A DNA stretch of 64,000 nt from Candidatus Poseidoniaceae archaeon. Its GTDB lineage: Archaea > Thermoplasmatota > Poseidoniia > Poseidoniales > Poseidoniaceae. The notes beneath the pieces were generated by a model. It made no database searches. It was not told where the DNA came from and was given only the letters and a program-made list of their open reading frames with translations. The stretch is taken from the NCBI GenBank assembly GCA_965662895.1, contig CBFIJH010000002.1, positions 32,001 through 96,000 on the forward strand. Reading direction: 5' to 3'. This document shows positions 30,910 to 41,660 of the stretch, piece by piece (the first letter of the stretch is position 1; every line of letters begins with the position of its first letter). A program made the position numbers and the translations under genes.

Positions 30910-32970
30910 ATGAGCATTGCGGAAAAAATGGCAGCCAACCAGAAGCAAGTCGCTATTTCAGAGTTTTTTGAAAAGAACAAGCACTTCCTTGGTTATGATA
31001 CATTAACTCGGGCACTCATCACAGCAGTAAAGGAAGCTGTTGATAATGCACTGGATGCATGTGAGGAAGCGAGAATATTGCCCGAAATCATTGTAAAAAT
31101 TAGTAAAACGGACAGCAAGAAAAACATTCTACAAGTTGAGGTCGAGGACAATGGCCCTGGTATTCCTAGGGGAAGTATCGAAAAGGTGTTCGGGCAATTA
31201 TTGTTCGGATCACGATTCCATGCCATTCGCCAGTCACGCGGCCAACAAGGTATCGGGATTACCGGCGTAGTTATGTATGCTCAACTCACAACGGGCGATC
31301 CTACCCATGTCGAGTCGAAAATTGCCAAAGAAGCAACAGCTGTTTCTGTTGATATTGGTCTCGATACGAGAAAGAACAAAGCCATCAAATCAAATCAAGA
31401 TCGCATCGATTGGGGAGAGAAGGTTCACGGCCTACGGATCAAAACGGAGATGAAAGCAAAATATCAACGTGGACGACAATCTGTATGGCAGTACCTACGG
31501 ATGACGAGTATTGTCAATCCGCATGCTGATATTGTATTCATCGATCCTGATGGAGAACGGCACCACTGGCAACGCGTAACTGAACGACTCCCTGGACGCG
31601 TTGAGGCGATTAAACCACATCCTAAGGGAATTCAATTAGGACAACTGCAACGGCTTTGTTCAGAATCCTCCGAATCAAGAATGACAACCTTCCTTCGACG
31701 TACTTTTTCTGGCGTTTCTGGACGGGCGGCAAAGGAGCTTTGCGAAGTTGCAGAACTCGAGGAGAAACAGAAACCAAAATCACTTTCTTCTCACCAGGTA
31801 CGTTCTTTACTCGAGGCTTTCCAAGGAGAGAGGATGCTAAAAGGGAAACCGGTCAAATTACTGAATCCTCCTACATCGTGTTTGTCTCCAATTGAAGAAT
31901 TACTAATCAAGAAGGGGTTATCCAAAACCATCGATTCAAAGTTCGTCACCACGATGACTCGTGCACCGAGTGTAACCCAAGGAAATCCATTCCAAGTCGA
32001 GGTTGGATTGATCTTTGGAGATGGCATGTCTGCAGACAAACCTGTTGAAATTCTCCGTTTTGCGAATCGCGTACCTTTGATGTATCAACAAGGAGGGTGT
32101 TTGCTAACAAAGGCGATTGAAAGTGTTGACTGGCGCCAATATGGTCTCGATCAGCCCGGAGGTCGAGGTGTTCCAAAAGGCCCTGCAGCAATTCTCGTTC
32201 ATCTTGCGAGTACAAATGTTCAATTTACATCCGAGGCGAAAGAGGCGCTTTCAGATAACGAGGTCGTGATGGAAGAGGCGCGTAAAGCGATGCTTGAAAT
32301 GGGCCGCGGCTTGAGGAAACACCTCGAAAAGCAGAAGAAAATGGGGAAAACGAAAGAAAAATTTGAGTTGATTAACGATATTATTCCAGCAATTGCAGAA
32401 AAATCTGCAGCCCTATTGAACCTACCCGTTCCTGACCTCTCTGCTTCCATTACAAAAATCATGTCTGCAGTTATTGCAGAAACCACAACCACGTGGAACA
32501 AGGACACAAAGCAGACGGATGTCCATATCATCCTGTACAATTACACATCTCGTGCTCGTTCCTATACGCTACTCGTCAATTGGCCTGAACGTCAGGGAGC
32601 ATCGATGATTGGAAATCAGTTAGGCGGTAGAAAAGAAGCAATGGGTGTATGGGCATGGAAACTTGAAACACTACAACCTGGCTCAAGAACGGTCATTACC
32701 TACAGCCTTGATGGACTGGAGAAGGGAGACTGGAACGAGACGGATGTATTCTATCGTGGTTCACAGGAAGTTATTGGTGCAACAAAGATGGATGAGAAAT
32801 TGCTTGAAGAAATTCGCCGGCAAGAAGAGGCACTCAATACCCCTCCACAGGAGGAGGAATCTCAAGATGACGGGGGCGAAGAAACACCCGTTCCTGAACA
32901 ACCTGAAACAAAATCGGTTTCTCCAAAAGGGGACACGAAACAAACGACACTCTTCGGGGGTGATTACTGA
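30910..32970 (+). CDS. top6B: DNA topoisomerase VI subunit B
   Basis: SEFFEKN, EAVDNALDA, DNGPGI, QSRGQQGIG, RFANRVPL. Confidence 0.96.
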   Translation: MSIAEKMAANQKQVAISEFFEKNKHFLGYDTLTRALITAVKEAVDNALDACEEARILPEIIVKISKTDSKKNILQVEVEDNGPGIPRGSIEKVFGQLLFGSRFHAIRQSRGQQGIGITGVVMYAQLTTGDPTHVESKIAKEATAVSVDIGLDTRKNKAIKSNQDRIDWGEKVHGLRIKTEMKAKYQRGRQSVWQYLRMTSIVNPHADIVFIDPDGERHHWQRVTERLPGRVEAIKPHPKGIQLGQLQRLCSESSESRMTTFLRRTFSGVSGRAAKELCEVAELEEKQKPKSLSSHQVRSLLEAFQGERMLKGKPVKLLNPPTSCLSPIEELLIKKGLSKTIDSKFVTTMTRAPSVTQGNPFQVEVGLIFGDGMSADKPVEILRFANRVPLMYQQGGCLLTKAIESVDWRQYGLDQPGGRGVPKGPAAILVHLASTNVQFTSEAKEALSDNEVVMEEARKAMLEMGRGLRKHLEKQKKMGKTKEKFELINDIIPAIAEKSAALLNLPVPDLSASITKIMSAVIAETTTTWNKDTKQTDVHIILYNYTSRARSYTLLVNWPERQGASMIGNQLGGRKEAMGVWAWKLETLQPGSRTVITYSLDGLEKGDWNETDVFYRGSQEVIGATKMDEKLLEEIRRQEEALNTPPQEEESQDDGGEETPVPEQPETKSVSPKGDTKQTTLFGGDY

Positions 32971-34064
32971 TGGCAGAACGTAAATCCATTGAAGAGACGA
33001 AGGTTGCATTGCATGATGTTGTTCGAGAAATGTATGACAGGATCGTAAAGGGTGAACCCCCTACGATGACGCTCCCGGTTCGAACGAAGAATAACATTGG
33101 ATTTGATTCAAAACTCGGCGTATACAAATACGGGAAAAAGAGATCCATTCGGGATGCGACAAGTCTTGGGTCTGCGAAGCAGTTGCTAAGAGCGCTCCAC
33201 GTGATTGAGTTTATTGAGAGTATGATTGATGACGGTAAATCGTCAACACTCCGTGAAATGTACTACATCTCGGAGGGTTGGGGACTTGGTAAATTTCAAT
33301 CTCAGAATGAAAGCAATAACTTGGCTGAAGATTTGGAAATTGTAACGAAATGTCTCCGTGAGGATTTCAAACTTCGTCCGGAAGAAGACGGGGCCCGAAT
33401 GATTGGCAACCTGACACTTCGCGAACGAAATCGTCGTGGAGAATGGATGCGAATCAATGCTCGCGATGATGTTGGTGATAGTGGGTACGGGGTTCCGTAC
33501 AATGTTGAAGCCGAGAAGATAGAATTCCTTGAGCACGATATCAATTTCATTATGGCCATTGAGACCGGTGGTATGTTCGATCGTCTCGTTGAGAATGGTT
33601 TTGATGAGGATTTCAAATGTGCGCTCTTGCACCTGAAAGGTCAACCGGCGCGTTCAACTCGCCGAATTATGAAACGGATGAGTGAAGAATGGGATTTACC
33701 AGTCGTTGTTTTCCTCGACGGTGATCCATGGTCGTTCAGGATTTTCGCATCGATTGCTTATGGTGCAATTAAGACAGCCCATATTTCGGAATACTTGGCA
33801 ACCCCAACATCAACGTATCTTGGTATCACAGCAGATGATATTCTAGCGTATGATTTACCAAGTGACGATTTATCAAAGAAAGATATTGAAGCTTTGAATG
33901 CGGAATTGAGTGACCCAAGATTTGCCGATGGATGGTGGCAAGAACAGATCAATATGATGCTCGAAGTCGGGAAGAAGGCTGAACAGCAATCACTGGCGAA
34001 GTATGGTCTCGATTTCGTAACTGAAACGTATCTTCCAGAAAAGCTTCAGCAACTTGGATTGTAG
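32970..34064 (+). CDS. top6A: DNA topoisomerase VI subunit A
   Basis: STLREMYY, IETGGMF, KGQP, DGDPW, KAEQQ. Confidence 0.96.
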   Translation: MAERKSIEETKVALHDVVREMYDRIVKGEPPTMTLPVRTKNNIGFDSKLGVYKYGKKRSIRDATSLGSAKQLLRALHVIEFIESMIDDGKSSTLREMYYISEGWGLGKFQSQNESNNLAEDLEIVTKCLREDFKLRPEEDGARMIGNLTLRERNRRGEWMRINARDDVGDSGYGVPYNVEAEKIEFLEHDINFIMAIETGGMFDRLVENGFDEDFKCALLHLKGQPARSTRRIMKRMSEEWDLPVVVFLDGDPWSFRIFASIAYGAIKTAHISEYLATPTSTYLGITADDILAYDLPSDDLSKKDIEALNAELSDPRFADGWWQEQINMMLEVGKKAEQQSLAKYGLDFVTETYLPEKLQQLGL

Positions 34065-34103
34065 AGCAAAAATGCGAGGCTTCTTTGGGGGGTGCTCCTT
34101 CCA

Positions 34104-35096
34104 ATGGGCATGGAGAGCGGAAAAAAGAACCCGTGGCCCCTCCGTATTCTCATCGCTTCGATGGTTTGTTTTGTCCTTGGAAGCATCATTGTACTCGGTC
34201 AAATGGATACCTTCAGTGATGCACTTGATCCAAAAAAGAACAACATCGAATCCTTGAATTCAGGTTCAGAAACTCAGAAATTAGTATCGATTGATGAAGG
34301 TGGTTGTTATCGCGCTTATGGCGTTGGTTTTGAAGGGAACGTAACGATTTCTGAACTTGATGGATCGGATGTTAAGGATCCGGTCGAAGAATCAAAATGC
34401 AAACTTGACTGGAACGCTATGTCGACTGATGGGAGTGTTGAATACGATATTTTGGGTTCGTGGGAATTAACCGAAGGCGATTTTTTGCTACGGGTTGAAT
34501 GCCAAGGCGCGTGCAACAATGAAACGGTTTGGTTCACCTCAATTGATAAAATGGAAAGCGACTTATTGGGGTCGCCTTTGGTTATTGTCGGTGCAACGAT
34601 CTGCTGTCTCGGTATTTTCCTCTTGCCTCTCTCCGGTGTACTTCTCGCCTTCTCCCAGAATCGAAAGCAGAACGTTATGATGGTGGTAGGACCAGATGGC
34701 CAACTTATGCCATTAACAGACCTTACACCGAGTGTTGTTCAAGATCAAATCAATTCAATGAATCAGGATGCTGCTGATGGGATTGGCTTTGATGTCCAAA
34801 CCGGCGAGTACATGGGGAGTAACGAACTGCAAGCCTCGCAACAAATGGACGGTTCAACGGATGTCCAAGCTGGAAGCATGTTAACAACTGAACAGGTCTA
34901 TGCACTCATGCGAGGCGATGTTGAATCTGCAACGCCACAAGAACCGCAGCAAGAGACTGTTGCCGACCCATTCCCTACTCCGTCGGTTCAACCAAAACCT
35001 CAGGTTACCCAAGTCCTTGAAAAGCCGAAACCAACCAAAGACAGGAAAATCCCAGTCGCAAAAAACGAAGATTGGCAGTCCTGGGATGAAGACTGA
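34104..35096 (+). CDS. hypothetical membrane protein
   Basis: Two TM segments flanking a Cys-containing external domain; low-complexity tail. Confidence 0.6.
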   Translation: MGMESGKKNPWPLRILIASMVCFVLGSIIVLGQMDTFSDALDPKKNNIESLNSGSETQKLVSIDEGGCYRAYGVGFEGNVTISELDGSDVKDPVEESKCKLDWNAMSTDGSVEYDILGSWELTEGDFLLRVECQGACNNETVWFTSIDKMESDLLGSPLVIVGATICCLGIFLLPLSGVLLAFSQNRKQNVMMVVGPDGQLMPLTDLTPSVVQDQINSMNQDAADGIGFDVQTGEYMGSNELQASQQMDGSTDVQAGSMLTTEQVYALMRGDVESATPQEPQQETVADPFPTPSVQPKPQVTQVLEKPKPTKDRKIPVAKNEDWQSWDED

Positions 35097-35164
35097 AGAA
35101 TACCCTTCATTTCTTCCGACGAGTTCAAATGAGTCCTTCTCTACCTAACTACAGGTTGAGTAGT

Positions 35165-35899
35165 ATGGACCAACTCGAACGCTCCTTGATTTTGCTTCAA
35201 AACAAAACACGGCGCTCTATTCTTGAGCGGTTGGTCAGAGAACCGCATTATCCAATGCAACTTGCTGAACTCATCGGTGTGAGTCAACAAGCAATTGTCA
35301 AGCATCTCAAAGAACTAGAGCGAGGAAATCTCGTTGAAAAAATGAAAGTGCCGAGTGAGAAAGGTGGCCCTCCAAGAACTATTTTCAGAGTTTGTGAAGC
35401 GTTTTCATTACGGATTGATTTGGGGCCCGACTTGTTCAAAATTGAGCGGAGGAAGTTGCCTTCCGGTGGACCTCTCCGGCTAAGCTCTAAGTTACCACAA
35501 AAAGCTCAATCCATTGCAGAAGCAGTCAGCGGTCGAAAGAAAATCAGTGTTACCGAGGGTGTTCTTCATCTCGATCAACTGAATGAAAATTTGGAACAAC
35601 TCGACCGGCAACGCGATGCACTTATCGCCCTGCATCAACAAATTCGTGGCCGGATTTCAGCAGCGGTCGATACTGATTTCGAAGACTATTCCCAACGAAC
35701 AATGGTCCACGCACTGATTGAGGCTCCACGAGTCAAACCAAATCTTGGGTTAATGGCAAAAGAGCTCAACCTCACAGAAAACGACATGGCTACGGTGATG
35801 TCGAGAGTTCGAGAACTCGTTGAGCGGCAACGCTCAGATCGTTCTGGCGAGGTTATCGCTGTCGACGACAATCCCGGCCTCCGCTGGTGGCTGGGTTAA
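35165..35899 (+). CDS. ArsR-family HTH transcriptional regulator
   Basis: NKTRRSILERL, LAELIGVSQQAIVKHLKELE, GPPR. Confidence 0.85.
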   Translation: MDQLERSLILLQNKTRRSILERLVREPHYPMQLAELIGVSQQAIVKHLKELERGNLVEKMKVPSEKGGPPRTIFRVCEAFSLRIDLGPDLFKIERRKLPSGGPLRLSSKLPQKAQSIAEAVSGRKKISVTEGVLHLDQLNENLEQLDRQRDALIALHQQIRGRISAAVDTDFEDYSQRTMVHALIEAPRVKPNLGLMAKELNLTENDMATVMSRVRELVERQRSDRSGEVIAVDDNPGLRWWLG

Positions 35900-35904
35900 T
35901 CGAC

Positions 35905-38900
35905 TCAATCGTTGGCTTCATCACCAAGTACAGACATTAACGATGACTGTTCTGCGATTCGGTCCTTTACAGCTGCACGTCGTCCACGACCAACGAGGTA
36001 GAGGACACCGAAGAGTGAGAACGTAAGTAGGACAATCATGGTTGGAAGAGCAACCTTACCTGCGACTTCACCTGCTACATCCAAGAATGGATTTGACGAG
36101 CCCAATTCTTGGGAAATCCTAACGATGTTGTCTCCTTCATCTGCTTCAACAATGGTGTTACCTGGATCGACAACAACGTAGACATTCTTGCTACCTGCAG
36201 TTACAGGGTAAAGCATGTACAATTCAATAACGCGCTCGGTTTGGGAATCATCTGGCTTGTCCAAAGCACCAATGATTTGGCGCATAACAATGCTTTCTTC
36301 ATCGCACATGTTGTCATTCTTTCGGATTTCTGCCATCATGTCGTCACCATCGTATTCGCACAGAATCACTTCAATATCCGAGGCGTGCACGTTTCCTTCG
36401 TTGGCAATTTCAACACGGATTGGAATTGATTCACCTACATCAGCCGAGGTTACATCGGTCGATGCGGATTTCACAACGAGATCCGGCGCTCTCAGATTGA
36501 TTGTGACAATCTTCTCATTGGTATCCAAGGAATCGCCTGCCCATGATGGTGAATCGTCATGGTCGCCTCCTTGGTCCGCATTCCCCATCTTCGAGACAAC
36601 CTTCAGACCAAGACTGCGCGTTGTAAGTTTTGCAGCTGGATCAACTGAAACCACTGCAACCATTGTGTACGTCTCGTATGGAGACATTTCTGGAAGTCGC
36701 CAAGAGTCGATATCTGTGAGGTACACACAACTGTCCTCTGGGTAGGATGCTGCTGTCGAGGTCGTTTCGACGCAGTCTTCTTCGCTTTCGAGATCGAGTC
36801 CGACCTGACGGATGATTCTCCACGATACAGCCCATTTGTTCAGTGTACCCATTCCTGGATTTTCCTCAACAATGATCTCTGTGCCCGAGCGGTCCGATGT
36901 GTGGTTATCCAATGTTGGAACATCCGGGACGTTTCCAGCGTTTGTTATATTCACAATAAACCGGACATCACGGCCTGGCGCAGAAGTTTTTACATCGTTT
37001 TCAACGGTAGGGTCCATCGAAATCTGCATGTCGTAGAACTCTTGGACGGTTACAGTGAGTGTTGTTACATCTCGTAATCGGGTCATCCGTCCACTGGAAT
37101 CCTCATCCTTTTGTTCAGACTTCGTGTGGAAAACAACCGTGTAGTCGCCTGCTGGTACTTGCTGTGGAATGTTCATTAGGACATCAAACGATTGTGAAGA
37201 GCCTGAATCCAGTTCTTCCAATGTGTTGCGTGGAATTGTAATGTCCCATATGACATCGACACCGGAAGAGTCTGTAACTCGTGCGAGTGTGTAATCAAAC
37301 CGATCTGGCCCGTTACCATTGTTACTTACAGTCGTTGGAAGTATGATCGCATCACCGGGATTGACCGTCAATTGCTCGTCATCAACAAGAGCGACATCTG
37401 TTGACAACCGATAGACATGGTCGACATCGACCTGCAAAATCTTCGCTGCGGATATCTTTGGATAGCCCTTTAGATGTGCCTTAATTGTTACAGCCTTTCC
37501 TAGACCTGCGGGAGCGTCGTCTGGAGCACAGATCTTCACCTTCACAATGTGCATACGGAATTCGTCACCAGACATGAGAACCCATGGGTATGATACTCCA
37601 TCGGGATTCATCGTTAGACCATTCGGGAAGATGACTTCTGTCGTCCAGTTGTCATCGTTCTCGGTTGTTCCTGGAGTTGTAAAAACAAGATCGCCTGAAT
37701 CGAAATACTTCTCCACTTCAATCTCGAAAACGTGACAATTCGGGTCAAGAGCATTTGGCGCATACGGAGCAGGTGTCACCATTGCCATTTGGTCCGTTAT
37801 GTTGAACACGATGTTGTTTGATGAACGAATCGAAACAAAGACACCGAGCTCAAGGATATCGTACGTTCCTTTCTCAACGGACTTAATTGGCTCTCCAGCC
37901 GACCATCCTTTGAGGAGAATCACGAAGGCACCAGGGTCTTCGGAGGTTGGAACATCGACCCTGAGGTTCTTGGTTACAGTTTGTTGTGGGTCGAGTTGTA
38001 CGCTGAGCGGGAAATCGACATCCCAAGCAAATGGAAGCAGCCACTCTTGTCGGCCTTCAAGGGTCTGTGGGTCCCAGAACAGGAATGTGTCTGCGACGTT
38101 TCCGGTGTTTGTTATTGTAATCGAAAAGATTGCTGATTGTCCTTGCTCGACATCTGCTACGCTGTGCGAAGCATCAAGATCGATACCGTGAACGACGTCC
38201 ATGAGTGTGAGCGTGGTGATCTCTGAACGGATTGCAGGGTCTTTGTAGGATTTTGCATCAACACGGATCTCTGCAAGTTCATCTGCATTTGCCTGATAGA
38301 TGGATGGGGCACGAACCCTTAGGTAGAATCGGATTGATTCACCACCCTCTAAGAAGATTTCAGTGTCTGGGAAAATTGCTGTGTGGTTGTCAGCGAAGAA
38401 CAACGTAGCCGTCCAGTTCGTTGGGACGCCCGTGATGTTGAGGCCGTACGAATCTGCTACCAGGTCCTTGGGGCCGGGTGTTGAGTTGTTCATGGTAAGA
38501 TTGTAGATGGTTTGTTCACCTGGCTCGATGACGTGATAAAAGGTCTCGCCATCATCGAATTCAACATCGACCTGGCCCGTAAGAACATGTGAATAACAAA
38601 CCGTAAACCGGTTGTTGTTTGTTTCATCATTGCACTTGTTTGTATCGGACCACGCAACGTGCGCTCCGCTTCCCAAGTCATTGGAAAAGGCTGGAGGCAT
38701 TCCTATGCTCGGTTTGTATCCCGAGTTCGGTCCAAGTTTATTGGATGACCAAGATGTTATTGCGACGGTTTCCCAAGGGTCAAGAGCCGTTAGACCATCA
38801 CCTTCGAGGGATGTATGGTTCAGACGAACGTACAGAAGTTCTTCTCCCGCTGAGGTGTTTCCTGAATCGACCCAAGCAATGTGGACTTGATTCTGGTCAT

Positions 38901-40914
38901 CGGTCAGAAGTGATGGGAAGACAGAGTTGCCAGCCCAAGGTGCATTTGCAGGCAGTCCAGCGTTGGTTTCAACATTCGAAATCGGAGTATCGTTGATCTT
39001 CTTGATAGCATAGGTCGACAATCCATCGTCCCGGCCGTCGAACTCACCGGCTCCTTGAAGTCGAAGTTTCGTGTAGTACACTTCGTAGTTGACGTCCTTT
39101 TCGAAACCGTAGTCTCTACCGTCCATCCAAGCGATATGAGTGTTTCCTTCCATGTCAACACCGATTGATGGGTGGAAGGAATAAGCGTCATCAATGGTGA
39201 CACGAGTATCATTGACGACAACAAGATGTCCTTCCGAACCCTTTCCTGTGTCTTCATAGTAAGCCCCGTTTTGAGCGACGGTTCCGGAGGTTCCCGGAGT
39301 CCAACTGGGGTCGTTGTTCATCTTTCCATACGGATCGAGAACGGACATGTAGATTTCACGGGAGTTGTTGGTTGAAATGTAGACCATCGCTTCTACTAGG
39401 AGTGCCATTTGACTTGCGCCGCCAGTTCCGGATGGGAACTCATAGACTTGTCCACCAGCATCTGTTGAACGGATTGTGTTTCCTGGGCAGTTTCGTGCAG
39501 CTGTGCTTTGTACACCGTTCGGACATTGTGCGAGATCTTTGAAGTGCGATTGAACGCCCGTTGCACCACCATACGTTTGTCCGTACATTCCAACAGGCAC
39601 AACTCCTGCCTTGACGCAGTTGTCGTGTGCTTCTTCGATGGCAGTTGTGTCATCGGCCTGCTGCGCAGGGTCGCCATCCTTTGGGCCCTCGTCGGAGATT
39701 GGGATTGCAATCTTTGTTGCGTTCGGGTTCCACCTGTGGTCATCTTGTGTTGGCGGGTTACCCGGGACGTTTCCGTTGGCGTCTTTCCATGAGAGGCATG
39801 CCCAATTGGTTCCAGGGCCCCAGTCTTCACCAGAATATCCGGAATATGTGTTTCCGTTGTACACGGTTCCTGGGAGTTTTCGAATGCCCCCAGAGTCGTC
39901 GCCTGGAGTAATACCGAGAGCTGTTTGTCGAGGGCCCGCGTTCTGGTTTTTACCAGCGCAGTTTCCTGAACTAGCAGCACCGGGGAGCGTGTTCCCGAGG
40001 CCATAAATGGTCTCATAGACTGTCATATTTCCTTCTTGAAGCATTGGCTTAAGTCCTTGGAAAAAACCACCTGCAGCAAAGTTACCTCCGTAAATTACCG
40101 TGCAGACGTCAGCCCATTCCGAGTACATCGACCCTGATGTGTCAACGAGGAAGACAAGTTCGACCTTACCACCGCGAGTGTCGTCCCACGCGATTTGGAC
40201 CAAATCATTGGAGTCGACAACAATGTCAGGGTGGCCTTTGTGACCAATGACTGGCGTCAATAGTGTGTCTTCAAACATGGTCAACACAGTACCACCGCTA
40301 AACTCTGGTTGAATCATGGTGTAGTAGATCTGAGGTTGGTTGAAGAATTGTTGCAACTCGTCGTACGAATCTTGCCAGGCGATGTGAAGATTTCCTTGGC
40401 TGTCAACATCGATTGATGGCCAGTCTCTGTCTTGAGCCCTCATAGAGAGGATTGTGTCATCAATGACTGAAATTGCGGTGTCTTCTGCAGCCATTCCATC
40501 GAGTGGTGCGAGATATGGATTGATTGATGTGTACATAATCTTGTGTTGTCCGGATTTGTCAGCCCATACCAAGTGGATGCGGTCGTTGTCATCGATGACC
40601 ATGTCAGGGTGCCAAACTTTGTGCAAACCGGGGCTCGTAATTTGGGTCGCGTCAATTAGCGTCTCGCCACGCGGAGAAAGCATGGAATAGTACAGATGCT
40701 GGTTGTTCCTTGCCCAAACAATGTGAACGTTTCCTTCACTGTCTGAAGCAACGGTTGCTTGGTTATCCGATGCGGTTCCACCATCAACGATCCGAACTGC
40801 TTCGGTAATGACGACGGTTGATGCTTCTGCTTGCTCTGTTCCGAGGACCATTCCCGAAAAGAGAGAAAGCAAAAAGAGGCTTACGAGGGTAATCGACTTT
40901 GTTGTTTGACGCAT
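35905..40914 (-). CDS. large membrane-anchored surface protein (propeller-like repeats, vWA domain, Ig-like/CARDB-like domains)
   Basis: Signal peptide; repeated D..GN.HI.W; MIDAS VDTSGSM; ITNTGN/NNGNG/TNAGN Ig-like units; PDLVV...VVVDP.NTIVEADE.DN; C-terminal TM. Confidence 0.8.
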   Translation of the reverse strand: MRQTTKSITLVSLFLLSLFSGMVLGTEQAEASTVVITEAVRIVDGGTASDNQATVASDSEGNVHIVWARNNQHLYYSMLSPRGETLIDATQITSPGLHKVWHPDMVIDDNDRIHLVWADKSGQHKIMYTSINPYLAPLDGMAAEDTAISVIDDTILSMRAQDRDWPSIDVDSQGNLHIAWQDSYDELQQFFNQPQIYYTMIQPEFSGGTVLTMFEDTLLTPVIGHKGHPDIVVDSNDLVQIAWDDTRGGKVELVFLVDTSGSMYSEWADVCTVIYGGNFAAGGFFQGLKPMLQEGNMTVYETIYGLGNTLPGAASSGNCAGKNQNAGPRQTALGITPGDDSGGIRKLPGTVYNGNTYSGYSGEDWGPGTNWACLSWKDANGNVPGNPPTQDDHRWNPNATKIAIPISDEGPKDGDPAQQADDTTAIEEAHDNCVKAGVVPVGMYGQTYGGATGVQSHFKDLAQCPNGVQSTAARNCPGNTIRSTDAGGQVYEFPSGTGGASQMALLVEAMVYISTNNSREIYMSVLDPYGKMNNDPSWTPGTSGTVAQNGAYYEDTGKGSEGHLVVVNDTRVTIDDAYSFHPSIGVDMEGNTHIAWMDGRDYGFEKDVNYEVYYTKLRLQGAGEFDGRDDGLSTYAIKKINDTPISNVETNAGLPANAPWAGNSVFPSLLTDDQNQVHIAWVDSGNTSAGEELLYVRLNHTSLEGDGLTALDPWETVAITSWSSNKLGPNSGYKPSIGMPPAFSNDLGSGAHVAWSDTNKCNDETNNNRFTVCYSHVLTGQVDVEFDDGETFYHVIEPGEQTIYNLTMNNSTPGPKDLVADSYGLNITGVPTNWTATLFFADNHTAIFPDTEIFLEGGESIRFYLRVRAPSIYQANADELAEIRVDAKSYKDPAIRSEITTLTLMDVVHGIDLDASHSVADVEQGQSAIFSITITNTGNVADTFLFWDPQTLEGRQEWLLPFAWDVDFPLSVQLDPQQTVTKNLRVDVPTSEDPGAFVILLKGWSAGEPIKSVEKGTYDILELGVFVSIRSSNNIVFNITDQMAMVTPAPYAPNALDPNCHVFEIEVEKYFDSGDLVFTTPGTTENDDNWTTEVIFPNGLTMNPDGVSYPWVLMSGDEFRMHIVKVKICAPDDAPAGLGKAVTIKAHLKGYPKISAAKILQVDVDHVYRLSTDVALVDDEQLTVNPGDAIILPTTVSNNGNGPDRFDYTLARVTDSSGVDVIWDITIPRNTLEELDSGSSQSFDVLMNIPQQVPAGDYTVVFHTKSEQKDEDSSGRMTRLRDVTTLTVTVQEFYDMQISMDPTVENDVKTSAPGRDVRFIVNITNAGNVPDVPTLDNHTSDRSGTEIIVEENPGMGTLNKWAVSWRIIRQVGLDLESEEDCVETTSTAASYPEDSCVYLTDIDSWRLPEMSPYETYTMVAVVSVDPAAKLTTRSLGLKVVSKMGNADQGGDHDDSPSWAGDSLDTNEKIVTINLRAPDLVVKSASTDVTSADVGESIPIRVEIANEGNVHASDIEVILCEYDGDDMMAEIRKNDNMCDEESIVMRQIIGALDKPDDSQTERVIELYMLYPVTAGSKNVYVVVDPGNTIVEADEGDNIVRISQELGSSNPFLDVAGEVAGKVALPTMIVLLTFSLFGVLYLVGRGRRAAVKDRIAEQSSLMSVLGDEAND

Positions 40915-41003
40915 AGTTCCACCTGTGTAACTAAAAGCATCCTTCACCACTACTTAACCGCGACCCATACGCGTCAGTTTCGAGAAGACCTGCAAAAGCC
41001 TGA

Positions 41004-41630
41004 CTAAGCCCACTCGTCTGGATCTAATCCCGTTCCAAATGGCATCATATCATTGTATTCAATTTGCGCTGGTTCAGGAGGTTCTTCGACCGTTTGGTTT
41101 TGTTGTTTCTTCGCAGCCCAATCATCAACTGGCCCAGGTTTTCCTTTCCCGGGCCCGTATGCAAATTTAATTTCATGAATCATGCTTAATTTTGCTAGCC
41201 AGAGTCTGCGTAAGCTGTGCATGAGGGCATTCTTTGTCAATCCGTCAAACCATACGGGAAGGCTAACGTTGAATGCCTGAAGTGGTCCAGGCTTTTCTTT
41301 GCCCTCATGGCCCATGTGTATCCCCCAATCGAGTTCAGCACGCATGAGTGATAAGCGACATTCATGGATCCACTCCGACCACACTTCCGGTTCTTCGGCC
41401 ATGTGTTCCTTCATCTGCTCCTGCTGACCAAGGTCGACACGGGTCATGCTTGATACGAAAACCAAGTCTCGTGCTTTCGGCAAAACGACTGCGAACATAT
41501 GGCCCTGTGGACCGGGAGGGTAGCGAACAAGGAGGTGAGCGTCTGCACGGGGGTCGTTTTTTTCACGGATTTCAAGACGTTCGCTCGCAAGCCATTGACG
41601 GATTTGCTGGATATGTCCTGAATCGACCAT
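41004..41630 (-). CDS. conserved hypothetical protein (DUF2299-like)
   Basis: IRQWLASE...WFDGLTKNALM pattern. Confidence 0.55.
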   Translation of the reverse strand: MVDSGHIQQIRQWLASERLEIREKNDPRADAHLLVRYPPGPQGHMFAVVLPKARDLVFVSSMTRVDLGQQEQMKEHMAEEPEVWSEWIHECRLSLMRAELDWGIHMGHEGKEKPGPLQAFNVSLPVWFDGLTKNALMHSLRRLWLAKLSMIHEIKFAYGPGKGKPGPVDDWAAKKQQNQTVEEPPEPAQIEYNDMMPFGTGLDPDEWA

Positions 41631-41660
41631 GGCTAACCGGAGAGTTCGGGTAATTTGAAC

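Noticed and set aside
32460-32970. C-terminal extension of Top6B
   Set aside because: Extra C-terminal domains on Top6B are known in several euryarchaeal lineages.
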